A stretch of DNA of 58,109 bases, taken from the NCBI GenBank assembly GCA_016192455.1, contig JACPUC010000001.1, positions 248,001 to 306,109 of the forward strand. Direction: 5' to 3'. The notes under the pieces were generated by a model. That model had not been told where the DNA came from. It ran no database searches and worked only from the letters and a program-made list of their open reading frames with translations. Source of the stretch: Candidatus Tectimicrobiota bacterium (GTDB taxonomy: Bacteria > JACPUC01). This document shows positions 20,483-30,991 of the stretch, piece after piece. The position numbers and the translations under genes are program-made. Position 1 is the stretch's first letter; the number at the start of each line of letters is the position of its first letter.

Positions 20483-21976
20483 TCAGCCGGTCAGGGACAC
20501 CGCCTGCGATTGCCTGCCTGCCGCCGCGGGGAGCGGCAGCGACGCGGCGATGCGCTGCACGGCGAGGCTTGCCGGGCAGAGGGGCGAGGCGCTGACGACC
20601 GGGCGCAGCTCGCGCGAGGACTTCACCACCGCCAGATCGTTGGGAATGGAGCCGAGGTGGATGATCGCCAGCCCCGCCATGCGGGAGCAGACCTGCCGGA
20701 GGTTCTCCGCCACCTGATCGGCGTTGGCGTTCCGGCTCATGTTGATGACGCTGAACACCTGGAGCTGGGCGAGGGCGCGGCGGAGGGTCTGCGTGTAGCG
20801 GCTGTCGATGTGGGCCAGCTCGCGGAGGAGGCCGGTCACCGGCGCCGCGGCGCCGTTCGCCCGCAAGAGCAGGGCGCGCAGCGAGGGCGCCACCCGCGGC
20901 GGCGGCGGGGTCTCCCGCAGGGCGCGCTGGATGCAGCGCAGGGCGCAGACCTTCAAGAAGTGGTAGGCATCAAGGATGCTGGCGGGTTCCGTTGAGGTGA
21001 CCACGACGCCGAGGTTGGCGGCCAGGAAGAAATCGATGACCTGGTAGCTTGTGTCGCCGCCGAGATCGAGGATGATGAGGTCCGTGGGAAGCCGCCGGAT
21101 GCCCTCGAGAAGGCGCTGTCGGGCGTGGAAGGGCATGCTGGCATTGCCGAGCTTCTCACTGCAGCCGGCCAGGAGCTGGACGCCGGCATAGGGTGTCGCC
21201 TCGAGGGCCTCGGCAAGGCGCCCCGCCACCTTCACCCCGTCCGCGCGCGCCGCCTCGCCGCTGAGATCGCCCTGGTCGAGACCGGCGAGGCTGTCGTGGA
21301 GGGTCGTGCGAGGCTGTTGCATCCCCAGGAGAATGTGCATGTTCGCGCTGCCCAGATCGGCATCCACGAGGACAACCCGCTGGCCGCTGCGTGCCAGGGT
21401 GATCGCCAGGTTCAGGGCGACCATGCTCTTGCCGGTGCCCCCCTTGGCCCCGCCAATCGCGAGCAGGGTGGGGTCGCTCTTTTCCGAGATGGTGGCGGCC
21501 TGGAGCGGCTGCCGCGGCGGAGCGCCGGAGCTGCGTGGAGCGGCGGACACCCCCCGCGCGCCCTCGAGCGGCCGAGGCGCGGCGGCCGGCGCGGCAACAA
21601 TTTCCGCTTCGACCGGCAGGTCTTGCTTGCCGGGCGGCAGCGACGGCGCCGGGCCCGGGTTCTCCCGGCGGTCCTGCCGGGGTTTCCTGGGGAGGGGGGT
21701 GGCGGCGCAGGATCGGCGCAGCTCAAGGTAGGCTTCCGTGAGCTTCAAGAACTGCTGCCGCCGCAGCGTCCGAAAGGGCTCCGGCAGCTCGCGGATGACC
21801 TCCGGATGGTACTGGAACGCCTGGCGCTTGAAGAACTTGCGAACTTCGGCGGCATCCAGGGAGGCGAGGCGCGCGGGCGCCTCCTCCGGCATGCAGCCGA
21901 AGAGCGCCTGGCAGTGCCCGAGGAGCGCTGCCGAGGGTGCAAGCGGCGTCTCCGCCGTCTCCGCCATCTCCGTCAT
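20483..21976 (-). CDS. J-like domain fused to a FlhG/MinD-type P-loop ATPase
   Basis: N-terminal VRKFFKRQAFQYHPE...FLKLTEAY; Pro-rich linker; GAKGGTGKS deviant Walker A; VDADLG.AN; EP.SI.DAY.FLK. Confidence 0.8.
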   Translation of the reverse strand: MTEMAETAETPLAPSAALLGHCQALFGCMPEEAPARLASLDAAEVRKFFKRQAFQYHPEVIRELPEPFRTLRRQQFLKLTEAYLELRRSCAATPLPRKPRQDRRENPGPAPSLPPGKQDLPVEAEIVAAPAAAPRPLEGARGVSAAPRSSGAPPRQPLQAATISEKSDPTLLAIGGAKGGTGKSMVALNLAITLARSGQRVVLVDADLGSANMHILLGMQQPRTTLHDSLAGLDQGDLSGEAARADGVKVAGRLAEALEATPYAGVQLLAGCSEKLGNASMPFHARQRLLEGIRRLPTDLIILDLGGDTSYQVIDFFLAANLGVVVTSTEPASILDAYHFLKVCALRCIQRALRETPPPPRVAPSLRALLLRANGAAAPVTGLLRELAHIDSRYTQTLRRALAQLQVFSVINMSRNANADQVAENLRQVCSRMAGLAIIHLGSIPNDLAVVKSSRELRPVVSASPLCPASLAVQRIAASLPLPAAAGRQSQAVSLTG

Positions 21977-22168
21977 GGCCGCTCCTCCTTCGCACGGTAG
22001 TGGTTCCGTCCTCATTTCTGCAAAGAGCAATGGTCATGCCACGCCGTCCCCGAAGACGGACCGGCTCGAGGCCGCGGGCGCCCCACCCCTCCTGCCTCGA
22101 AAATAAGCGTCTACGTGGTTGATTCCACGCAATGATGGGGTGAACGTTCGTGCGGCCGGTGTCCTTCA

Positions 22169-22348
22169 CCTCCGCGCTCTCTGCGCCTCTGCGGTTCAAT
22201 TGAGCGCACCGCGGAGACGAGAGAACGCGGAGAAGGTAGGGGAAGGAACCACAGATGGACGCGGGTTCACAAAAATATCAGTGTCCATCCGTGTTCATCA
22301 GTGGTTCCTTGCATGCCGATGTAGGGGCGGTTCGCGAACCGCCCCTAC
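22169..22348. repeat. Composite repeat module (family C + family B + REP)
   Basis: Inverted counterpart of 12037-12209; REP at 22321-22348, family B at 22245-22308. Confidence 0.75.
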
Positions 22349-22441
22349 AGTCGATGGGATGGAAGACCGCTTCGAAGGAAGTGTCCGCTAATTTTCATGA
22401 CCTTGCGGGTGGGCCGAGGGCCCATGGGGAACTGCCGCTCG

Positions 22442-22471
22442 TTGACAGCCTTGGAAGCTCTGCCCTACAAT
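22442..22471 (+). promoter_or_regulatory. Sigma70-type promoter
   Basis: TTGACA-18-TACAAT in a divergent intergenic region. Confidence 0.55.
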
Positions 22472-22726
22472 CAACTTCGCGCTGCCATGGCGGGCGCTGC
22501 CTCGCGGAGGAGGTGGGGGAACCCTCGTCGGCCGCGCGCCGGGCGGCTGTCGCCCAGCGAGGTGCCGTGCCGCCCCCGGCCGCCGGTTGCTCCCTCAGGC
22601 GCCGCACCACTCGCCCGCCACCGCCGACGGTGGCGCGCGGTTCCTGCCCCGCACTGTGGCACGTCATCTCTTGCCCGAGCCCGGGTCCCGCCCGATCTTC
22701 CCATCCTGGCGCGAGGTCTTCGGAGC

Positions 22727-23533
22727 ATGCTGCGACCTTACGGCGTCATCGGCTTCCTCGTCATGGCGGCCTCCGAAGCGCTGATGTTCCTTCACGTTGA
22801 GCCGGTGGCCACCTTCCACACCACGATCGCCTGGTGGGGTTATATCCTGTTCATCGACAGCCTGGTGGCGCGGCGCGCGGGGGACTCCCTCCTGACCCGG
22901 CGGCGGCGCGACTTCGTCCTCATGGCGGCGCTCTCCGTCGTCTTCTGGCTCGTCTTCGAGTGGTACAACCTGTACCTGGAGAACTGGGTCTACGCCGGCC
23001 TACCGCCGCAGGCGTGGCTGCGCTGGCTGGGGTACGTGGCGGCCTTCGCCACCATCACGCCGGCTCTCCTGGAGACCGGCGAGCTCCTCGCCACCTTCGG
23101 CCCCTTCCAACGCCTGCGCGTGCGGCGGCGTCCCCTGTCGCGGGCAACGCTGCGCTGGTCCATGGCGGCGGGCCTCGTCATGGTGGGCTCCCCGGCGCTC
23201 TGGCCGAGCCCCTACCTCTTCGCCCCGGTATGGGTGGGATTCATCTTCCTACTTGACCCTCTCGTCTACTGGATGGGAGGGCGCTCCCTCTGGCGCGACC
23301 TCGAGGAGGGATCGCTGCGCCACGCGGCGGCGCTCTTCGCGGGCGGGCTCTGGTGCGGATTCCTGTGGGAGTTCTGGAACTACTGGGCCCATGCAAAGTG
23401 GATGTACATCGTGCCGATCATGCAGGGTACGAAGATCTTCGAGATGCCCCTCCTGGGATACCTGGGGTTCATGCCGTTTGCCCTCGAGTGCTTCGTGATG
23501 TTCTACTGGGCCAAGGCCATGCTGCGGTTCTAG
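22727..23533 (+). CDS. Conserved-looking multi-pass membrane protein of unknown function
   Basis: Several TM helices; FEWYN..L.NW.Y, WEFWNYWA..KW.Y, FEMPLLGYLGF.PF.LE. Confidence 0.8.
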   Translation: MLRPYGVIGFLVMAASEALMFLHVEPVATFHTTIAWWGYILFIDSLVARRAGDSLLTRRRRDFVLMAALSVVFWLVFEWYNLYLENWVYAGLPPQAWLRWLGYVAAFATITPALLETGELLATFGPFQRLRVRRRPLSRATLRWSMAAGLVMVGSPALWPSPYLFAPVWVGFIFLLDPLVYWMGGRSLWRDLEEGSLRHAAALFAGGLWCGFLWEFWNYWAHAKWMYIVPIMQGTKIFEMPLLGYLGFMPFALECFVMFYWAKAMLRF

Positions 23534-23630
23534 GCGCGACGGCCCGCGCCGCCGCTTCAGCGACTCCGTCGCGGCTCGCCGCCGCGCGCTCTGCTTCCTC
23601 TCTTGAAAAGGCGTCCCGAGGAAACGCGCC

Positions 23631-24938
23631 ATGTTCTATGGCTGGGTCATCGTCGGCGTGGCGTTCCTCACCATCATGTCCTCGATGGGCATGTGGTTCA
23701 CCTTCTCGGTCTTCTACGTCGAGATCCTGAAGGAGTTCGGCTGGACGCGCGCCGCCACCGCCGGGGTTTTCCTGATCTACGGCACGGTGCATGGGCTGAG
23801 CTCGCCGCTCGTCGGCCTGGCGGTGCGGCGCTGGGGGGCGCGCTCCGTCATCGTGGCGGGGGGCCTCATCATGTTCGCGGGCCTCGCCCTGAGCAGCCGC
23901 ACCAGCTCCGTCTGGCAGCTCTTCCTCTTCCTCGGCTGCATCGTGGCGGCTGGGGGCGCCGCCATGGGCTACCCCCCCAACAGCGCCATCATCGCCAACT
24001 GGTTCGAGCGGCGGCGCGGCCTCGCCATGGGGATCACCTTCGCCGGCAACGGCAGCGGTCTCTTCTTCTTCCCGAAGCTCTCGCAAGTCCTCATCGACGC
24101 CGTCGGCTGGCGCACGGCCTACCTCTACCTGGGACTCCTCGTGCTCCTCCTGGTGCTGCCGATGAACCTTCTCTTCAGTCGCTTCCGGCCGGAGGAGAAG
24201 GGCCTCACGCCGGACGGCCTGCCGCCGGCACCGCGCGCGGCCCGCGGCGCGCCGCCCGCTGCCGCCGCGCCGAAGCCCGTGGTGGAGTGGACGCTGCGGC
24301 GGGCGTTCCGCTCCCTGCCCTTCTGGATGATCAATGCCTCCTACGCGCTGACGGCGGTCTGCCTGCAGATCGTCATGATGCACCAGTTCGCCTTCCTCAC
24401 CGACCTCGGCGTGATGCGCAGCCTTGCCGCGGCCCTCATCAGCGCCGTCGGCATCGCCAGCATCGCCGGGCAGCTCCTCGGCGGGAGCATCTGCGACCGC
24501 TCCGGCAGCGAGGTGGCCTTCGGCGTGCACGCCGGCTTCCTCATCCTCGGCCTGCTCGTGCTCATGCTCATCGGCCAGGCGGGGCTCATAAACGGCGTCT
24601 ACCTCTACCCCCTCCTCTGGGGGCTGGGGGCGGGCGGCGCCGGCATGATCGTCGTGGTGGCCTCCGCCGAGATCTTCCACGGTCCGAACTTCGCCGCCGT
24701 GGCCGGCTACCACTCCCTGGCCTGGGGCATCGGCGGCGGCATCGGGCCGATCTTCGCCGGCTGGATCTACGACCTCACCCGCAGCTACCAGAGCGCCTTC
24801 CTGGCCGCCGTGCTCCTTGCGCTCGCCGGCACGGCGGCGGTCTGGCTGGCAGCTCCCCGCAGCTATCGGCAGGCCCGCACCTTGGCTGCCGGGTCCCAAG
24901 CGGTGACGCAGGCGCCTGCCGCTGAGAAGGCGGGGTGA
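23631..24938 (+). CDS. MFS transporter (OFA-like)
   Basis: MFYGWVIV start, WF.RRRGLA.G, about 12 TM helices. Confidence 0.92.
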   Translation: MFYGWVIVGVAFLTIMSSMGMWFTFSVFYVEILKEFGWTRAATAGVFLIYGTVHGLSSPLVGLAVRRWGARSVIVAGGLIMFAGLALSSRTSSVWQLFLFLGCIVAAGGAAMGYPPNSAIIANWFERRRGLAMGITFAGNGSGLFFFPKLSQVLIDAVGWRTAYLYLGLLVLLLVLPMNLLFSRFRPEEKGLTPDGLPPAPRAARGAPPAAAAPKPVVEWTLRRAFRSLPFWMINASYALTAVCLQIVMMHQFAFLTDLGVMRSLAAALISAVGIASIAGQLLGGSICDRSGSEVAFGVHAGFLILGLLVLMLIGQAGLINGVYLYPLLWGLGAGGAGMIVVVASAEIFHGPNFAAVAGYHSLAWGIGGGIGPIFAGWIYDLTRSYQSAFLAAVLLALAGTAAVWLAAPRSYRQARTLAAGSQAVTQAPAAEKAG

Positions 24939-25014
24939 GCGTCGGCCCGGGCGCAACGCCCGCGCAGCCTCCCCTGCGACCGAGGCTGGGGAAAGCAGGG
25001 AGCGAACAACCCTT

Positions 25015-26244
25015 CTACTTGCTTGGTTTCCCCTTCGGCCAGTACTGCTCGATATCCTTGAGGACGTAAATGATGCTGTTGCGCACCTTGCCCTGCGGCG
25101 TCCGCACGGCTTTGAGCACGTACATGTTCGAGGTGGCGTTTTGATACTCATCGAATCGCCAAGGACCCCGGACGCTGTCGTCGAACTTGACGTTGCGGAG
25201 CGCCTTCAGGAAGGCAGGTTTATCTTCGGCGTTGCCGCCGATGGCCTGGAGTGCCGCCAGGATAACCTTTGCCGACAGGTAGCCCTGGGCGGCGAAACCG
25301 TTTGGTTCCATGCTATAGGTTTCCTGGTATGCTTTGACGAACTGCTTGTTCTTCGGCGAATCAAACGCCAATGAGTAGTTGTAAACGCTGATGGTGCCCT
25401 CTGCCGCGTCCGGGACCTGGTCGAGAATCTCGTCCAGGGTGATGCTGCCAAATCCCAGCAAGGGTAATTTCCCCTTCAAACCGAACTCCTGGTACTGATT
25501 CAGCAACTGGATTGCGGCTTTGCCGGCCCACAGGGCCCACACGGCGTCGGGATTCTGCTCCTTGATTTGTACCAGGTAGGGAGCCATGTCGGGAGTCCCC
25601 AAGGGGGCGAAGATCTGCTTGATGACCGTGCCGCCGCCTTTTTGGCAGCCGCGGGCGAAGTAGTCCGCCTCCTCATGGCCGAACACGCTGTCGAACGCGA
25701 ACGTCACCAGCCTCTTGTATCCCAGGTCCTTGCAGACGTACTCAGCAAAGGGGATGGTCATCTGGCCGCTGGAGAAGGAGGTGCGAAACGCATACGGGTG
25801 GCGCTGTTCCTGGGTGATCTCGCGGGCTGCGGACTCGGTGAGCACCAACGGCACTTCCGCCCTCTTCATGTAGTCACTCACCGCCACGCCCGTGGGACTC
25901 CAGATGATGCCCATGATCGCGTGCACGCGATCTTTTTCGACGAGCTTCCGCGCCTTGGTCATCCCCACCGCCACCTTGGGCGACTGGTCGTCCTCGACGA
26001 TGATCTCGATCTTGCGCCCCGCCACCTCATAGTTGGCTTCGCTGAACGCCAGCTTCGCTCCCTGCACGCCGTGCGTCGAGTGGAAGGCGTAGATGCCCGT
26101 GAGGCCATAGAGGATGCCGATCTTAATCGGCGCTTTCTGGGCCCACGCCTGCGTAGTCAATCCGGCAATTGTTGTGAAGGTTAGCGAGCAGAGAATCCAG
26201 ACTCCGAGCAGCAGTTCAATCCGCCTCTTGTTCTGTTTCATCAT
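25015..26244 (-). CDS. Branched-chain amino acid-type ABC substrate-binding protein
   Basis: Signal peptide, PIKIG...LTG, GRKIEIIVEDD, KARKLVE.D.V. Confidence 0.9.
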   Translation of the reverse strand: MMKQNKRRIELLLGVWILCSLTFTTIAGLTTQAWAQKAPIKIGILYGLTGIYAFHSTHGVQGAKLAFSEANYEVAGRKIEIIVEDDQSPKVAVGMTKARKLVEKDRVHAIMGIIWSPTGVAVSDYMKRAEVPLVLTESAAREITQEQRHPYAFRTSFSSGQMTIPFAEYVCKDLGYKRLVTFAFDSVFGHEEADYFARGCQKGGGTVIKQIFAPLGTPDMAPYLVQIKEQNPDAVWALWAGKAAIQLLNQYQEFGLKGKLPLLGFGSITLDEILDQVPDAAEGTISVYNYSLAFDSPKNKQFVKAYQETYSMEPNGFAAQGYLSAKVILAALQAIGGNAEDKPAFLKALRNVKFDDSVRGPWRFDEYQNATSNMYVLKAVRTPQGKVRNSIIYVLKDIEQYWPKGKPSK

Positions 26245-26312
26245 GTTCTCTCCTCCCCAAGAAGAAAACGTCGTACACTTATTCATTCTAAGTGCAGGGG
26301 CGGAACAAAAAC

Positions 26313-26326
26313 TTGACATTCGTCAA
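26313..26326. promoter_or_regulatory. TTGAC-N4-GTCAA palindrome (FNR/CRP-like box)
   Basis: TTGACATTCGTCAA in the AT-rich divergent intergenic region. Confidence 0.4.
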
Positions 26327-26471
26327 AGTATTAGAACCCAAAGTGAGCGATGCTCGTGGCAAGGGTTTTCGCCTCCCGGATTCCCGCAACGCCACTGTAG
26401 GCCGTTGTTGGGGACAACGGCTTGCTGCTACAGTAAGTAAACAGAGCGCACCTGAATGGAGGCACACGGCT

Positions 26472-28253
26472 ATGGCCACCCGTGGTGTCAATCCAATTAC
26501 CCTGGCGACCGTTTGGCACACCCTGCAAACAGTCTGTCGCGAGATGCGCCATGTCATGGATCGTACCGCGCAGAACTACCTCATGGCACAGTTGCACGAT
26601 ATCTCCGTGGGCATCTGGGACGGGCAGGGCCGCACCGTTGCCGTGCCGGTGGGCCTGCCCGTGCAGTTCTTGGGGGCCTCGTTCGCGGTGAAATCAATCT
26701 TTGAGAAGTTTAGGAACAATCTCTACCCCGGCGACGTGATCCTGACGAACGATCCCTACCACGGTGGCCACAACTGCCACCTGCCCGACTGGGGGTTCTT
26801 CCGCCCCATCTTCTTCGATGGCGAGTTGATGTTCATCACCCTGGCGCGCGCTCACCAGGAAGATACCGGCGGCTCTTACCCAGGTGGGTACTTCCCCAAT
26901 GGTTACGACATCCACGCCGAGGGCCTTTGCATCCCGCCGCTGAAGGTGTACGAGAAGGGTGAAGAGAAGAAAGAGTTGCTCGAACTCATCTGGAACAACG
27001 TGCGCTGGCCTCAAGGTATCCGGGTCGATAACTATTCGATGATTGCTTCGACGGCGGTGTGCGAGAAGCGGCTCGTGGCCATGCTGGAGAAATATGGCAA
27101 GGAGACCGTGAAGGCCTGTGTGGACGAGATGATTGCCCGCACCGAGCGGGCGGTCCGGAACGAGATCAGGAAGATCCCTGATGGCGTCTACTACGGCGAA
27201 TCGGCCACCGATGATGACGGGACCGTCCTGGATGAGCCTGTCTGGGTTCGCTTGGAGGTGATCATCAAGGGTGACCGCTTGACGCTGGACTTCTCGAAGA
27301 GCGACAAGCAACGCAAGGGGTTCATCAATCAAATTTACGCCGCCGCTTTCGGACAAGCGATCGGAGCCGCCCTCCTGGTGCTCGATCCGACGCTGGCCGA
27401 CTACCACAACGAAGGGACCATGCGGCCCATCACGATGATCGCGCCGAAAGGCTCGGTGGTGAACTGCGAATACCCGGCCACCGTCGGCGCCTCGCCGGTC
27501 AACGTCGGCCACCAGGTGATGCAGTCGGTGATGATGGCACTCTCCCAGGCAGTCCCCGACCGTGCCCTTGCCGCCTGGGGGCCCCATCGCGGCGACTATA
27601 CGTTCGGCATTGATCCACGCAGCGGCGAGCGCTACGTGCGCACCTCATTCGACTACGACGGCAGCGCGGGCGCCGTGTGGGGTTACGATGGCTACCAGGG
27701 CGTGGCGACCATCTCGGCCTTGGGCGCGGTGACGCGGGGCAATATCGAGGAGATGGAAATCCGCATCCCGTTCTTCATGCACAAGCTGGAATTAGCCACC
27801 GACCTCCATGGCGCGGGACGCTGGCGGGGCGGGCCCGGCGTGTACTGGGAGGCGCAGAACCAAGGCAGCGATGCGGGCATGGCCACCGGCAGCTCCGATG
27901 GTGATGAGACGTTCGGGCCGGGAGCGCAGGGGGGTGAAGCGTGCCCGCCGTCGCGGACGTACATCCAGCGCGGTACGAAACGCATTCGCGTCAAGCCTCA
28001 TCGCCTCGTCCAGGTCAAGCACAAGGATGTCGTCATCAAGATCAGCAGCGGCGGCGCCGGGGTGGGCAACCCGGCAGAACGCGATCCGCAGTTGGTGGCC
28101 AAGGACGTGCGCAACGAAATTATCTCGCGCAAGGCGGCCCGCAACGTCTACAAAGTGGTGCTGGATGCCAAAACCTCCGCCGTGGATGTTGCCGCCACGG
28201 AAAGACTCCGCTCGCGCCATGCAGCGCGCCGGAAGGAGCGCCCCGTCCGCTGA
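26472..28253 (+). CDS. Hydantoinase B/oxoprolinase family protein
   Basis: PGDVILTNDPY.GG...HLPD, AH..D.GG..PG, EG..IPP, GAGRWRGG, GGAGVGNP.ERD. Confidence 0.93.
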   Translation: MATRGVNPITLATVWHTLQTVCREMRHVMDRTAQNYLMAQLHDISVGIWDGQGRTVAVPVGLPVQFLGASFAVKSIFEKFRNNLYPGDVILTNDPYHGGHNCHLPDWGFFRPIFFDGELMFITLARAHQEDTGGSYPGGYFPNGYDIHAEGLCIPPLKVYEKGEEKKELLELIWNNVRWPQGIRVDNYSMIASTAVCEKRLVAMLEKYGKETVKACVDEMIARTERAVRNEIRKIPDGVYYGESATDDDGTVLDEPVWVRLEVIIKGDRLTLDFSKSDKQRKGFINQIYAAAFGQAIGAALLVLDPTLADYHNEGTMRPITMIAPKGSVVNCEYPATVGASPVNVGHQVMQSVMMALSQAVPDRALAAWGPHRGDYTFGIDPRSGERYVRTSFDYDGSAGAVWGYDGYQGVATISALGAVTRGNIEEMEIRIPFFMHKLELATDLHGAGRWRGGPGVYWEAQNQGSDAGMATGSSDGDETFGPGAQGGEACPPSRTYIQRGTKRIRVKPHRLVQVKHKDVVIKISSGGAGVGNPAERDPQLVAKDVRNEIISRKAARNVYKVVLDAKTSAVDVAATERLRSRHAARRKERPVR

Positions 28254-28653
28254 GCTCTCGGCGCACCGTGCGGCGTAGCTGACGCAGGTATGGCCGGCGG
28301 GCGGTCCCGACAGCTCCCCAGGCTACGCCGCGCCCGCGCCGTGACGGCTGACGGTGCGGCCGGCTGGGCTGAAAACGTTTGACGAACAAATGGCTTCCTG
28401 CTACAGGGAAACGAGGGATCGAGCCGCGCTCTCCTGTACTCCTTCGCAGGAAGATTGAGGAGGTCAACGCCAGCGGCATGGCCCGCTGCTCGGAGCTCCG
28501 CCGATAGCCCCAGCGGTACGCCACGCACGACACCAACAATGTGACCTGCTATCCGGACATCCTCCACCTCCCCGCCGAGCCGTGCCGCTCCCAACCTGGC
28601 GCCTGGGCACTTCAGCGATGCGGTCCTCCTCTTTCACCTCGACCCACACCCCG

Positions 28654-30870
28654 ATGCGATTGACGCGCGCTCACCAACCTGCCCAGCAAGCCCGCGACTA
28701 CTCCTTCGGCGGTGGCACGGAGCCGCCAGGCCCCGACCGCGCCCTCGCCCAGCCGGTGACGGTGCTGCGCGGCGTCGGGGAGCGGCGCGCCCAGGCCCTG
28801 GCGCGGCTCGGCATCACGACGGTCGAAGACCTCCTCCTGCATGCGCCGCTGCGCTACGAAGACCGGCGGCTGCGCCTGCCGATCGCCGCGCTGCCGCTGG
28901 GCGCCTCGGTGACGGCGGTGGGGAGGATCGGGAACGCAAGCTTCAGCGGCCGCTGGGGACGGCGGCGGTTCTCGGCGCGGGTTGAGGATGAGAGTGGCTG
29001 GCTGGAGGCCGTGTGGCTCAACGGCGCCTGGCGGGGGGTGGCGGCGAAGCTTGCGCCCGGCGCGCGCGTGGCGCTCTACGGCAAGCTGGAGGCGCACCCC
29101 AGGCGGCCCGGCGGGCGGCTCCTCTTCCACCCGGACGTGGAGCTTCTCAAGGAGGGAGATGAGGAACTGCCGCAGCCGGCCATTCTGCCGGTGTACCCCT
29201 GCGGCGCCGGGCTGTCGCAGCGGCTCCTGCGCGGCCTGGTGCGGCAGGCGCTGGCGCGCTGCGCCGCGCTTCTGCCGGAGGTCCTGCCGGAAGGGGTGCG
29301 CGCCGCGTACGACCTGCCGGGGGCCACGGAGGCGCTCTGGCAGCTCCACGCTCCGGCTCTTGCGGGAGAGGAGCCGCTCGGGGAGGGCTGGCGGCCCGCG
29401 GCGGCACGGCGGTTCCTCATCGAGGAGCTCTTCCTCCTCGTGCTCGGCATCTGCTGGCGGAAGCGGCTGCGGCAGGGCGAGCCGGGCATCTCCCTGCCGC
29501 CGTCCACGCGGCTGGCGCCGGCCCTGCTGGATCGCCTGCCGTTTCGCCTCACGCCGGCGCAGGAGCGCGCCCGCGCCGAGATTGAAGCCGACCTCCGCCA
29601 ACCCCGCCCGATGCACCGGCTCCTCCAGGGCGAGGTGGGGAGCGGCAAGACCATCGTCGCCATGCTGGCGATGCTGGCGGCGCTCGAACAGGGGATGCAG
29701 GCGGCGCTGCTGGCGCCCACGGAGGTGCTGGCGGAGCAGTACGCGCGGCGCCTTGAGGAGTGGCTCGGCCCCCTCGAGGTTCCCCATGCCCTGCTCACCG
29801 GCGGTGTGCCGGCGCCGCAGCGTCGCCGCATTCTCCGGCAGCTTGCGTCGGGGGCCTGCCTGCTGCTGGCCGGGACGCACGCCCTGCTCGAAGAAGACGT
29901 GGAGTTTGCGCGTCTGGGGCTGGTGGTCATTGACGAGCAGCACCGCTTCGGCGTAGCGCAGCGCGCCCGGCTCGCCAGGAAGGGGCGTGGCGCGGGTGGC
30001 GCAGCCCGGTTGCCGCATCTCCTCGTGATGACCGCCACGCCGATCCCGCGCAGTCTGGCCCTCACCGTCTACGGCGATCTCGACATCAGCTCCATCGACG
30101 CCCTGCCGCCCGGCCGCCTCGTCCCCGAGACCATCCTCCTGCCGGCCAGCCACCAGAGCAAGGCCTGGCTGCGCCTGCACCGCGCCGTGGCGGCGGGGGG
30201 GCAGGCCTACGTCGTCTGCCCCCTGCGGGAGGAGCCGGCAGAGGCGAGGTCGCCGCGCCACTCCGCGGCGGCCCGCCAGCTCGTGGAGCACCTGCGCGGC
30301 GTGGTCCTGCGGGACCTGCGGGTGGGGCTGCTGCACGGCAGTCAGCCGAGCAGCGAGAAGCTCGCCACGCTGCACGCCTTCCAGGAGGGGCGCCTGCAGG
30401 TGCTCGTGAGCACGACGGTGGTCGAGGTGGGTCTCGACGTGGCGAATGCAACGTTCATGGCCATCGTTGATGCGGATCGATTCGGCCTGGCGCAGCTTCA
30501 CCAGCTTCGCGGGCGCGTCGCGCGGGGCGGCCGCCGAGGCGTCTGCGTGGCCCTGGCGTCCGAGGAGGCCGGGGTGGAGGGCCGGCAGCGCCTCGCCACC
30601 TTCGCCCGCTGCAGCGACGGCTTCGCCATCGCCGAGCACGACCTGGCGCTGCGCGGCGCGGGGGAGGTCCTCGGCCTGCGCCAGGCGGGGCTGCCCGCGC
30701 TCGGCTTCGCCGATCTGCGGCGCGATCTCACCTTGGCGCGCGACCTGCGCGGCTGCGCCGAGGGTCTCCTGGCGCGCGACCCGTCTCTCAGCTCGCCGCA
30801 GCACGCCGCCCTGCGCGAGGCCCTGGGGCGCCGCTGGGGCGACGGCCTCGCCGCGCTGGGGAGCGGCTGA
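28654..30870 (+). CDS. recG: ATP-dependent DNA helicase RecG
   Basis: L.GVG, P.RYEDR, QGEVGSGKT, DEQHRFG, MTATPIPRSL, QLHQLRGRV, DGF.IAE.DL.LRG.GE; start uncertain. Confidence 0.95.
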   Translation: MRLTRAHQPAQQARDYSFGGGTEPPGPDRALAQPVTVLRGVGERRAQALARLGITTVEDLLLHAPLRYEDRRLRLPIAALPLGASVTAVGRIGNASFSGRWGRRRFSARVEDESGWLEAVWLNGAWRGVAAKLAPGARVALYGKLEAHPRRPGGRLLFHPDVELLKEGDEELPQPAILPVYPCGAGLSQRLLRGLVRQALARCAALLPEVLPEGVRAAYDLPGATEALWQLHAPALAGEEPLGEGWRPAAARRFLIEELFLLVLGICWRKRLRQGEPGISLPPSTRLAPALLDRLPFRLTPAQERARAEIEADLRQPRPMHRLLQGEVGSGKTIVAMLAMLAALEQGMQAALLAPTEVLAEQYARRLEEWLGPLEVPHALLTGGVPAPQRRRILRQLASGACLLLAGTHALLEEDVEFARLGLVVIDEQHRFGVAQRARLARKGRGAGGAARLPHLLVMTATPIPRSLALTVYGDLDISSIDALPPGRLVPETILLPASHQSKAWLRLHRAVAAGGQAYVVCPLREEPAEARSPRHSAAARQLVEHLRGVVLRDLRVGLLHGSQPSSEKLATLHAFQEGRLQVLVSTTVVEVGLDVANATFMAIVDADRFGLAQLHQLRGRVARGGRRGVCVALASEEAGVEGRQRLATFARCSDGFAIAEHDLALRGAGEVLGLRQAGLPALGFADLRRDLTLARDLRGCAEGLLARDPSLSSPQHAALREALGRRWGDGLAALGSG

Positions 30871-30991
30871 CCTGCTCGGTCCCCGCGGGAAAATCACGAG
30901 GGTGGGCCGCGGGCAAAGCAGGGGAAACTCGCGAACGCCTGGGCTATATTGTATGATGAGAAACGGACTCCGCGGCGGAAGGAGGTCTGGC

